Virus record (IMG/VR): IMGVR_UViG_3300030098_002040
Span: 1 to 64,000 of that record
DNA: 64,000 nucleotides
Origin: an uncultured virus (IMG/VR IMGVR_UViG_3300030098_002040)
Lineage: Duplodnaviria > Heunggongvirae > Uroviricota > Caudoviricetes
Direction: 5' to 3' (one strand)
The position numbers and the translations under genes are program-made. The notes under the pieces are model-generated. The model made no database searches, was not told where the DNA came from, and saw only the letters and a list, made by a program, of their open reading frames with translations. Below, in pieces: positions 37,353 to 47,600 of the stretch. The first letter of the stretch is position 1, and every line of letters starts with the position of its first letter.

Positions 37353-38060
37353 TTATGCTGTCCTTATAGCAATCCACACACAGTTTGTTAAACCATGAGT
37401 AATAGACCAGCTATTAGATTTTTGAAGAGTATCAAATTTAATAGCGGGCGTTCCGTGTAATTGAGTATGGTTAGCATCTGTAGTTTTTAAAGCTAAGATT
37501 TTCCAAACTTCAGTATCAGATACAGTAAAGTTATCAGTATCTAAATAAATAGTAGTACTTCCATTAGTTTTAACTTTTGTAGATGTAGCAGTGGTTTCAT
37601 CGCCAATTGATACAATATTATCTATTGGTTTATCAAAAGATCCTGTACCATAAGAATTAAACAAAACTCTAAAAACAGCATCAGCTACGCCTTCTCCAGT
37701 TACCGCAGAGGCAATAGTACCGTATTTCCATTGAGAAGAAGAGTTGGTATATCTTACTCCCCCATTTACAGTACTCCCAGAAATACCAGAACCAGAAGCA
37801 ATAGACGTGCCGTCAGCAATATCTAAATCATTTAAAGAATCTACTGTAGATTGTCTTGCTAATTTAAAACCACCAGTAGTTTGTCCGTCATGGACACGAG
37901 CGGTGTAGTCACTTGTTCCTGATCCTCTTGCTGCTAAAGGCTCATCGGTTCCTGTATCTACAGTAATCTCGCCCTTTGCTCCTGTGAAACCTGAAGAACC
38001 ATCCGTCCCATCATGTTGGGCGGTACTTCCTCTTCTAAATTGTACTTGTTTAGCACCCAT
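37353..38060 (-). CDS. Short tail fibre-like protein with Mtd N-terminal-like domain
   Basis: QVQFRRGSTAQH...FTGAKGEITVDT...RVHDGQTTGG. Confidence 0.75.
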   Translation of the reverse strand: MGAKQVQFRRGSTAQHDGTDGSSGFTGAKGEITVDTGTDEPLAARGSGTSDYTARVHDGQTTGGFKLARQSTVDSLNDLDIADGTSIASGSGISGSTVNGGVRYTNSSSQWKYGTIASAVTGEGVADAVFRVLFNSYGTGSFDKPIDNIVSIGDETTATSTKVKTNGSTTIYLDTDNFTVSDTEVWKILALKTTDANHTQLHGTPAIKFDTLQKSNSWSITHGLTNCVWIAIRTA

Positions 38061-38062
38061 AA

Positions 38063-38275
38063 TTACCCTCCAAATTTAAATGGTACAGCTTCAGATAGTT
38101 TTTCTTGAAGCTCTTCCATAACTCCATTAGGTATACTATCTAAATCTTTTTTATTGTCATTAATAACTCCACGGACTACTTGATACAATCCCGGAGTACA
38201 TTTTAGAGGGTCTTCTAGATCCTCAATCAAACGGTCAAATAAAGCTTCTTGTAGTGAATCTACTTTGTTACTCAT
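38063..38275 (-). CDS. Probable terminase small subunit (T7 gp18-like)
   Basis: About 70 aa; LQEALFDRL...TPGLYQVVRGVINDN...VPF pattern. Confidence 0.55.
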   Translation of the reverse strand: MSNKVDSLQEALFDRLIEDLEDPLKCTPGLYQVVRGVINDNKKDLDSIPNGVMEELQEKLSEAVPFKFGG

Positions 38276-38478
38276 TTTTGCCCTGCTTTCTCGCAATCAC
38301 ATTCTTCTTTCTTTTTCTCGCAATCACAAGGTCGTTTCTTTTTCTTACATGGACATTCTTTTTTCCAAAAGATAAGCCTATTAAGAAATTCTTTACGCTT
38401 CTTACAAGAAGCACATTCTTTTAGTAAACCAAAAGTAACAACCTTAATTAACCAAGATATAATATCTCCTAATCCCAT
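38272..38478 (-). CDS. Small Cys/Lys-rich protein (GLGD...CxxC..R...LN)
   Basis: Start MGLGD after AAGGAGG. Confidence 0.65.
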   Translation of the reverse strand: MGLGDIISWLIKVVTFGLLKECASCKKRKEFLNRLIFWKKECPCKKKKRPCDCEKKKEECDCEKAGQK

Positions 38479-38488
38479 AATGTCCTCC

Positions 38489-41400
38489 TTAGACTTCTGA
38501 ACTAGACCTCTTTCTAGGGGAGAAAGTGGCATTTAATTGAATATTTGTAATGTTCACCGGATCTGGTGAATTACTTGTTATTGATATAAAACAATCGTTT
38601 GCATTAAGAAATACTTTCTGCGTAAACTCCCCCTGATAATCAGTTCCTAAAGTTTTTTCATACAATGGATCTATTCCTAAAATCTTTCGTTGAGATCTTG
38701 GACTATGTAATACTGTAGAAACAATAGCTCCTCTATCTAAAACATTAAGCCTATATTTACCAGTATTAAAATGTCTAGTATCAATAGATAATACTTTCAT
38801 AACACCTTCAATAGTATTATTATTTTGATCTCTAAAAGTTGGAGGAGAAATCATAGCAGCCATGCTAAAGTTTTCTCCTGCAACAAAATCTTGTAGTAAA
38901 TAAGTAGCATTGTTTTCAATAGTTCCTATATCATATATAAAAAGATTTGAATTTACAGATTCTAATGGTTCGTTTATAGTTCCACAATCTAATTGATTAA
39001 ACTGCTGTAACCCATCAATATAATCTTGATCATATGCTACATCTGTTTCTCTTAATAAAGTCTGAGTATCAGTACTACTATCAGTTATAGAACCGTAATC
39101 AATAAAGACTTTGCTATAAGGAGGCAACATAAATTGATTTATACCTAATAATTCTAAGACTGTAGTTTTAGGTGAGCCTTCTCCTTCTATAGTTCCAATA
39201 GAAGATACAAACTTTGTTCCAGTTTCTGGATCATCTATTTCATACCGTGCATATCCGGGACCATAACTATAATTATAACATTTAATTGTATCTCCAGCTT
39301 TAAAGTCTCCAACACCTTCCCAATTTTCTCCTAATACAATCTCAAAGATGTTAGGATTATGATATGATAATTCAATAAAACTACGACCATCTGATCTTGA
39401 TAATATTCTATAGTTTTCATTATTATCTAAAGCTTTAGGAAAAGACTGAATTACTTTTCTACCTTTATTATTTCCCATATATACATGTGAATATTGGATA
39501 GTAAAAGAATACCCTGTTGCGGTAGAACTTTTTGCAGTACCGCTTTTCCATTTTCCAATTGTCATATTTCTAGTTTTTTCAACTTCAGTAGGAATATTTC
39601 TAGAATCGTGCCAAGCTATTCCTTTATCATTAGTAGTATTTACTCCGCTATCTCTTCTACTATTAATATATTCTTGTGGTCCAGAGTATAATCTGCCTAA
39701 ATAATTACTTCCGTTCATATTTACAAAAGGTGCACCTTCTCCTCGAATTACATTTTGTAAAACTTTTTCTAAATACTTATCTTTAGTTTCAGGAATTTCT
39801 CCCAAAACAACATTCTCAGTATAAGTTGTTCTTCCCTTTATACTATTATAGGAATTGCCTGTTGTAGTTTGAGATCTTGTATCATCTTTTCGTTTTTTTC
39901 TATTTGTTACAGGAAGATATTCAGAAGCAAAATACAATCTATTTAAAAATCCTTCTGATATACCATCAGTATCTGTAGAAAACGATCCGCAAGTGCAAGG
40001 GTTGACAGTAGAATTTTGTATTACTTCGCTTCCTGCACTACCAATACTACCACATGCAGTTGTTGAGTTACAATCACTATTGCCACAAGGACACCCAGTA
40101 AAAGCTATGGAAGTTATTGCTGGTTGAATATTTTTAGCAGCAACATATAAATAAGAAGTAGCTTTTAATCTCCAAATTTTATAATATAATGGTTTACCAT
40201 TTAGGAAAGCATCTTCTCCGTTACTAGTCTGTGCTCTACAAAGATCAGTATCTAGCCATAAAGCTTTAATTGGTCCGCTGTATACTTCAGCAGGACCTTG
40301 AAATGGATTTGAAACTGAAACACCGCATTGAGTAACTTTCATTCCACAACGATACAAACCTTTACCAAATTTACTACTTGATAAGTATTTACATATTCCA
40401 TCAAAAGCATCTCCTGCCCAATCTAATAAAGTTTTTTCTTTAGCTTCAGGAGTTTCACCATTTGTTGAATATAATACTATATCTTGTGTTAAATTAGTTG
40501 CTTTAAAAAAATCATATTTTCGATAACAACTTTCTGGATCAAGTCCAGCTTCTGCTGCAAATGTATCAGCTCCTTCTAAAGAACCAATAGGTCCAAGACT
40601 AGGTTGAGTAAAAACCCTAAACCTACAATGACCATTAGCATAAAACGGAGCGTTGGGTTCGTTTTGATTGTAACCAATAACTCCATTTTGTTGCACACTG
40701 CATCTCATTCTTAATGTATTTCCTGTATCTTGATTAAACCAATGAGATGCTTTTCTATAATACTCATCAATATCATCACTACCATCGTATCCACTAGGAG
40801 TACAATCAGTACAACTACTAACATCTGATGCTTTAGGACAAAACCAACCTTTAGGATATTCTAAATTAAACAAAGGACCATGACCGCCTAAAAAATTTGT
40901 TTGAGGAAATTCATTTATATTAGAAATACAATCTCCAGTATGACACGTTGGAATACCTCCCGGACTAGTACAAGTTTTAGACAAAATAGCTCCGGGTTGC
41001 CATCCACTTACTGATGTTTTAATTCCAGTTGTTGTAGCCCAAGATCCTCCATAATAATAATCTGAAAAATTACCCGGAAGTTCATTGCAGCCCATTAAAG
41101 TTCCTGAAGTATCGTATTGTGTATCATTAGCATGATCAGAGGGCCATGTATCTTCGTTTATACAAGGTGGACAAGTGTTATCGCTACAAGGAGTATCGCA
41201 ACCACAGGGTTCTTGAGGACAAAGCCCAGCTCTTGGCGTTCCTGCTGGACATACATCCTCCCCATTGTCACATTCAGCGTTGCATGCTTCAATACCATCA
41301 CAACAACAACAAGTAGGAAGACCATCAGCAGCACCGCATCCTAAATCTTTACAAGATTCTCCAGCATGAAGCGTACCTTCTGGACAACATGGTCCTCGTC

Positions 41401-44400
41401 CTCCGATATTACCATCTTCATCTTGACAACAATATCCAATTGCATCGCCAGTATCAGGATCGACAAACTCACATGGAAGTGTACCATCCGAACAAGGACA
41501 ACATTCTACGCCACCAAATTTACTAGCCCCTTCTCCTGCTGCTGCTGATCCTTGAGGACAACAAGGAGGCTCACTCCCGTCATCACAACAAGTATCATCG
41601 CATTGACAGCCACAACAAACGGTATCAGGACAATTACCACATCCTCCATAATGTTGACAACTTTCATCTGAACTTCCATCTTCACAACAACAAGGTTTTG
41701 GAAATCCATCAGGACAACAACCTTCCATTGGAGCAGGATCTCCGCTATCGCAGAAACCGTAAGGATTACAATGAGAAACACCAGACTCGGTATCGCCACA
41801 TCCTCCGCTAGGACATTCGTATCCTGCTAAAAGCGTACCTTCAGGACAACATTCTGCTCCCGGAGTATTACCGTAAGGACAAGTTTCATATTGATATATT
41901 CTATTAACATAAATTCTATGCGGTCGTTTATATAATATTGGATTATCTGGATCTGTTATATCTTCAAAAATAATTTCATTTTCAAATAGAACTGTTTCGT
42001 CACAAGTGACACATAATTCATCGTATCTATTTTTTAATTTTTCTTTATTGATTATACTAAATATACGAGTACGATCTAAGAATGTTCCTTCGGCATCTAG
42101 ACTTCCAGAATTAAACAACTCATATCCAGAACCAGCTGGATCAAAATAATAATCTGGAGTATCTCCATCTTCCCAAGCTAAAAAGTTATCTTCTGAAGTA
42201 TAATCTGATATATAAGCATTAATTTTTCTATTATCAGCCCCTTCATTTATAATAGACCATTCAAAAAAATCTGCTTGTCCTGTAAATACTTGACCACTAG
42301 AATCTATAGTAGCATAAGTTACATACATATCGGGCGATATAGACAAAGAGTTAGGCTCAAAGAAATAATTTCTTTCAACAGATCTTCTATCAGTCCGTGG
42401 TGTTGCAGGACCATCGCTATTCATATTCATTTTCTGTATAAATATACTTGTTCTTGGATTTGTTCCATAAGCATCTGTCCAAGATCTAGCGACTGTTATA
42501 AATATTTCGTTATCATATTCTTTAATATTTAAAACTTTAGAATTTTGTGGTAAAATCCATCTAAAGAAAGCATTTTGTGCAGCCCTATCCCCTTCCCATC
42601 TATTAACATATACATATAGATGATTTTGAAATTCTTTATCTACCATAATAATCATATCTTTATTAGGCAATGCTTCTATAGTAGATATTTCTTTTGGTAA
42701 ATATCCTTCAGCATGTTTACTAACTTCAACTGCTTGATTAACAGAGGCAGCAGAACTAGAAAAATATAAAAATAATTTATGAGGTGCAAAGAAATATACT
42801 TGAGATCCCATAGTTACTGGAGATATTAAAGGTGCGGTTGAATAAAAAGAAGAAGGAGCAAGCTTTGCAGTAAAAGGAGTAATTTGATTTTCAGATCCAA
42901 GTAATTCATATTGTGTATCGCTTAGAGTATTAACAAATATAAAATCTTTAAAAGGAGTAATACTTGCAATAGAACTAGACTCTGCTGATCCAGTTCTTAC
43001 ATCAATAGGATCTGTATCTACTATATTATCAGGATCATTTAACCAAAGATTAAAGTAATCGTTAGAGGCTGAAGAAAATAAAGTATCATCAGAAGCAAAC
43101 CATAGTCTGTTTCTCCATACACACATGTCAGTTATTTTAGCCTTTGCTCCATTTTCAAATACCAAAGGACCTTTATTTGTTTCTTTAGTTCCGCTTGTTC
43201 TTAATTTCCAATCAGGATATTTTAGTACCCATTTATTTTCAGCAGTTACATAATCTAAAATAATAGGCATAGAGACTTTATCAAACATGCAATCGCCATC
43301 TTGAGTTCGTACTCGTTCAAAAAACGGCTCACGATCTACATCAACTGTTCTATAATATCCAGAAGGTTGGCTTCCAAAAGATTCTCTAGTATACCATATT
43401 TTTCCAAACCCAGCTGTTGATCCAGTTTCTCCAGAAATAGTAGCTAAATGATTATTAGCACCGTTTACATTTCTATCATCATCGGCAGCAGGAGGTAAAG
43501 GAATTTTAGAAAAGTTTTGTACTGATTGTCCTAATACTTCCTCTGATCTAATATCTTTATTAATAGCAATCGGTGTTGTATTTCCCTGTCCATCTCTACT
43601 AGGGGTAATAGAAGCACTAAAAACAGGTCCAGAACTTTCGGCACTTTCAACAGAAGCAACTGATATAGAGAAATCATAGTTTTCTTCTGACTCAAAAATT
43701 ATTTTAGTATCTGTACCTGATACTTCGAGCCTTGCTGTTTCAAAAGGATAACTGCTATCCTCTTTTGGGAATAGAATTAAATCTTTATACAAAGATCGTG
43801 TAACATCTTTTGCAGTTCTAGGGTAATTAACTTCAACATTTCCTGATGTATTAGTAAAAGTCAAAGCATCAATTGAAGCGGTAAAACTTCCTGACTTTAA
43901 ACTTGCATCAGCTTCAGGAGCAATAGCAGTTAAAGTATTATTTGTCCAAGTCCATGTTACTACAAGACTTCTAAAGTTATCTATATTTCCTATACTATCA
44001 GCAGCAATAGTAGTTTCAAACCTTGCTTTCTCTCCACCTTCTACATTTCTAGCAGTAAGATAAGTAATATCTTCTCCCGGAAATCCTTGAACAAATCCCG
44101 CATTAACCCTTTTGTTTAAAATAAACATAGAAGAACCAAAGGGTATTGTTTTTAACCGTTCTTCTGAATTATATTCATTGCTTTTATCTTTTATATAATT
44201 ACTAAAACTAACTTGATCTGTACTTGATATACTAGAAGTATCCACAATTTCTTTTGTTACATTAGAATTTTCATCTACTTTAAAAACAGTAATAAGATCA
44301 TCAAAATCATCAGACGAAGAATTAATAGCTATTAAAAATCTTTCATCTTCGTCTAAATTTAACCAACTAAAATGTATATCATCTGAACTACTTGACAAAG

Positions 44401-44617
44401 GAATATCTAAAGCACCGTCTCGGTCACTATCTTCTTGTATTGTCCCTTGTACAAACTTAAATCCATTACGTTTCTCTAAAGATTTTTCTAAAGTTACTAA
44501 ACAATTATCTAATTGTTGAGCTTCGTTTAGTTGTCTTTTACTAGGAGGAGTTCTTCCAACGCCTCCACTAAGAGAATTAATTGGCAATGTAACTTTTTGA
44601 GATCTTTTTTTAGCCAT
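38489..44617 (-). CDS. Tail tubular protein B / nozzle (T7 gp12-like) with a very large Cys-rich insertion
   Basis: INSLSGGVGRTP...LEKRNG N-terminus; WRNRLWF, DTDPIDV, NAFFRW; C-terminal PVNITNIQLNATF. Confidence 0.85.
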   Translation of the reverse strand: MAKKRSQKVTLPINSLSGGVGRTPPSKRQLNEAQQLDNCLVTLEKSLEKRNGFKFVQGTIQEDSDRDGALDIPLSSSSDDIHFSWLNLDEDERFLIAINSSSDDFDDLITVFKVDENSNVTKEIVDTSSISSTDQVSFSNYIKDKSNEYNSEERLKTIPFGSSMFILNKRVNAGFVQGFPGEDITYLTARNVEGGEKARFETTIAADSIGNIDNFRSLVVTWTWTNNTLTAIAPEADASLKSGSFTASIDALTFTNTSGNVEVNYPRTAKDVTRSLYKDLILFPKEDSSYPFETARLEVSGTDTKIIFESEENYDFSISVASVESAESSGPVFSASITPSRDGQGNTTPIAINKDIRSEEVLGQSVQNFSKIPLPPAADDDRNVNGANNHLATISGETGSTAGFGKIWYTRESFGSQPSGYYRTVDVDREPFFERVRTQDGDCMFDKVSMPIILDYVTAENKWVLKYPDWKLRTSGTKETNKGPLVFENGAKAKITDMCVWRNRLWFASDDTLFSSASNDYFNLWLNDPDNIVDTDPIDVRTGSAESSSIASITPFKDFIFVNTLSDTQYELLGSENQITPFTAKLAPSSFYSTAPLISPVTMGSQVYFFAPHKLFLYFSSSAASVNQAVEVSKHAEGYLPKEISTIEALPNKDMIIMVDKEFQNHLYVYVNRWEGDRAAQNAFFRWILPQNSKVLNIKEYDNEIFITVARSWTDAYGTNPRTSIFIQKMNMNSDGPATPRTDRRSVERNYFFEPNSLSISPDMYVTYATIDSSGQVFTGQADFFEWSIINEGADNRKINAYISDYTSEDNFLAWEDGDTPDYYFDPAGSGYELFNSGSLDAEGTFLDRTRIFSIINKEKLKNRYDELCVTCDETVLFENEIIFEDITDPDNPILYKRPHRIYVNRIYQYETCPYGNTPGAECCPEGTLLAGYECPSGGCGDTESGVSHCNPYGFCDSGDPAPMEGCCPDGFPKPCCCEDGSSDESCQHYGGCGNCPDTVCCGCQCDDTCCDDGSEPPCCPQGSAAAGEGASKFGGVECCPCSDGTLPCEFVDPDTGDAIGYCCQDEDGNIGGRGPCCPEGTLHAGESCKDLGCGAADGLPTCCCCDGIEACNAECDNGEDVCPAGTPRAGLCPQEPCGCDTPCSDNTCPPCINEDTWPSDHANDTQYDTSGTLMGCNELPGNFSDYYYGGSWATTTGIKTSVSGWQPGAILSKTCTSPGGIPTCHTGDCISNINEFPQTNFLGGHGPLFNLEYPKGWFCPKASDVSSCTDCTPSGYDGSDDIDEYYRKASHWFNQDTGNTLRMRCSVQQNGVIGYNQNEPNAPFYANGHCRFRVFTQPSLGPIGSLEGADTFAAEAGLDPESCYRKYDFFKATNLTQDIVLYSTNGETPEAKEKTLLDWAGDAFDGICKYLSSSKFGKGLYRCGMKVTQCGVSVSNPFQGPAEVYSGPIKALWLDTDLCRAQTSNGEDAFLNGKPLYYKIWRLKATSYLYVAAKNIQPAITSIAFTGCPCGNSDCNSTTACGSIGSAGSEVIQNSTVNPCTCGSFSTDTDGISEGFLNRLYFASEYLPVTNRKKRKDDTRSQTTTGNSYNSIKGRTTYTENVVLGEIPETKDKYLEKVLQNVIRGEGAPFVNMNGSNYLGRLYSGPQEYINSRRDSGVNTTNDKGIAWHDSRNIPTEVEKTRNMTIGKWKSGTAKSSTATGYSFTIQYSHVYMGNNKGRKVIQSFPKALDNNENYRILSRSDGRSFIELSYHNPNIFEIVLGENWEGVGDFKAGDTIKCYNYSYGPGYARYEIDDPETGTKFVSSIGTIEGEGSPKTTVLELLGINQFMLPPYSKVFIDYGSITDSSTDTQTLLRETDVAYDQDYIDGLQQFNQLDCGTINEPLESVNSNLFIYDIGTIENNATYLLQDFVAGENFSMAAMISPPTFRDQNNNTIEGVMKVLSIDTRHFNTGKYRLNVLDRGAIVSTVLHSPRSQRKILGIDPLYEKTLGTDYQGEFTQKVFLNANDCFISITSNSPDPVNITNIQLNATFSPRKRSSSEV

Positions 44618-47600
44618 CAGGTAGTCCTCTCCATTGTCTTCTTACCCATGCATCATTGTATCCTCTGTTTCTATTTCTGTAAACAGCCTTATAAACATTT
44701 GGATCACCAGTTGTTAATATATTTTTATTATGATCAGTAATATCTTTAGCCTTAGCATTTAATTTAGTTTCCATTTCTCGCTGAGCTAATAAACTATCTA
44801 CATTTAAATCTCCTACAGTTATTCTTTGATACTCTCTAACCGCAGTATCTATAATCGAAGTTTGCATAGCGGTATCTATTGCTTCCCAAGGAATAAAATA
44901 TATAACTTCTACATTTCTTCCATCTGTAACTTTTGTAGTATCCCAACTTAATGTATCATTAGTTAAGTTTTTTAAATATATTTTCTTTTCACTTTGATTA
45001 AAGTAATCAGCACCATCTATTAATATATTATCAGCATCGTATTCATAATCACCTTCATCATATCCATTTATATATCTTGCAGATAAAATAGTTTTACTAG
45101 TAGGTCCAGTTTCAAGATCAAATATTTCAGCATTTTCTTGTAATATTATTTTATCTGATGCTAAATTAATAGGTAAAGAATAACTTGCTGTTGTTCCTGC
45201 CTTATCAGTATACGATACAGAGACAGTATCATTAGTACTATACTTTTGTCCAGAAGATACTAATGTAACTTCAGACGGTTGAACATTAGAAACTTTGGTA
45301 ATATCAAATACACTAGAAACATACGAGCGTGTAATAGCAGTAGTATCTGAATCAAGTTTAACTCTCATACCTTTGGTTATTATATCCGAAGTATCATCTT
45401 GTTGATCATTAACTGCATATACTAAACCGCTTACAATAGGATTGGCATCCCCTCCTACAGTTCCTCGAACATTAAAGTTTGTGCCATCTTGAATAACAGG
45501 ACTGCCAGTAGCAGAAACAGTTTGAGTAACAGCAAACTCTGTAAGATTAGTAGTTACGGTAGGATAATTAGTATCATCATCTACCATTTCATTGCTATAT
45601 CCCCAACCATAACTAGTAAAGGCATCAGAACCAACGTGATCGGTTTTATCTTTATATCGTAAAGTTAATCCTGAAATAGCCCCATCTGTAACTTCTGCTG
45701 CTCTAAAAACCACAGGTATTGTAGACGAAGCAGGAGATTTTACAGTAAGAACATCCCCAACTACATATCCAGTTCCCGGATTTACAAAAGAAAAGTCAGA
45801 TATAACACCGTTTAAAACTTCACTAATATATAAACTAGCTCTTGCATCTACACCACTAGTAAAAGCGGAGGCTACAGAGCCACTAATATGATCATTAAAT
45901 CCACCTCCTACAGTAATAGTAGTATTACCAGCTGTACCACGAGCTACTTGTGTTATAGTTAATACATTAGAAGAAGCCCCAGATATTGCAACAGTAAATC
46001 TACTAGTGCCGTGTCCATTAGAATGATCAATAGCAGCCTTTAAAGCAGTTGCCATTTCAGCATGTGTAGGACTTCCATCAACTGCAAAAGCAATATTATC
46101 ATTTGCAAGGACTGTGCCATTGGCAGAAGAACTTGCTTCGTATGTTTTAGTTGTGCCATCAGTAGATATTAATTGAATAGTTGCAGCAAGATCACATCCT
46201 TCACTAAAAGTAAAAGAAACTGATGCAGCAGTTCCCGCAGAAGTATCGTTTATTTCGTATTCTTGAGTAGTAGAGGCAGCATAATTTGCACCATTATGAA
46301 CAAGAGTAGCTGTTTCAACCACTCCAGTATATAAAGTTTCGTCATCAGCAGCATTGTAAGTGCTATTACCATCCTTTGTATAAAAGAAAAAGGACGGAGC
46401 AAAGTTTGATTCAGCACTTAAAGCTCCACTTGTTGGATAAGAAGGATCAGCTACTGTATTTTTATTAGTACTAGTTATTTCTCTTTTCATTTTTAAAAGA
46501 GGACCTGTAATAGCTCTTGTGCTTATTGGAGCACCCGCAGAACCATGAGTAGTACTGGTTACATCAGCATCAATATAACCTAAATTAATTGTTAAAGCTA
46601 CAGATTCAACTCCTCCGGTTACTCTTTCTAGTTTAAAACTATGTGCTGTTCCTGTTGCTGCTTCTTTTTCATACCCATACCCACTATCCACAATACATTC
46701 AATATCAACATTACCATCAGAATCTTCGAGCCCTTGAACAATTGCATTCTTAACGTCTGTTCCTGTATCCCAAACAATATAATATAACTGACGACCCGCA
46801 CTACCAGTACCGTAATCAAAACCATAGCTACCCCCAGTTGCTCCAACCATGTTTTTTAATCCAAGTGCGTTTAGATGTCCAATAGAACCGACATCATCAT
46901 TTGTTGTGCCACCGTGCCATAGCCCTTCTCCTCTATAATCAGAAGAAGCTGGCATAGTTTTAATTTTTTGTATGCCCAAAGCAGATACAATAGATCTTCC
47001 AGACTTATGATCAGATGCTGCTATAGTATAACTAAAGCTTTTCTTTTTCTGAGCGGTACTTGTTTTAGCAGGAACTGAAGTGGCATCAGGAAAATCAAAT
47101 GTAATAACATCTCCTGTTTCCCAACCATATCCTCCGTCTACTAATTGAACATCTATTATTTTATCTGCTATTTCAATAAATTTAACTTTACATTTTGCTC
47201 CAGCTGAACTTGCTGTAGTAGAAGTTAAAATAGTACCAAGAAATCCAGTAGCTGTATAAGCAGCAGTACCATCGCTAGTTAAGTTTTTAGATATTTGATA
47301 ATTAAATATAGTAGGATTTAATACTTTAGTATTGACATACCCTTGTATTTGACAATGATAAGAATTACCATCGTCTCCTGTATAACTTGTAGGTAATGTA
47401 TAGTTTCTAGATGTACCGTCTAATTGAGCAACAGCAGCATCAAAAGTGTACCACGTTCCCGCAGTAAATTTATCAGAATCTAATTCACCGGCATCTTCTA
47501 AACAAAGACTTGTATTACTATCAGACTCGATATCTGGAGGTAATACATTATTTTTAATAGTAGTTGTTACTGTTGATCTACTTGTTGAACTTAAATCAGC

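Noticed and set aside
37353..38060. Diversity-generating retroelement suggested by the Mtd-like N-terminus
   Set aside because: No reverse transcriptase or template/variable repeat pair was seen in the window.
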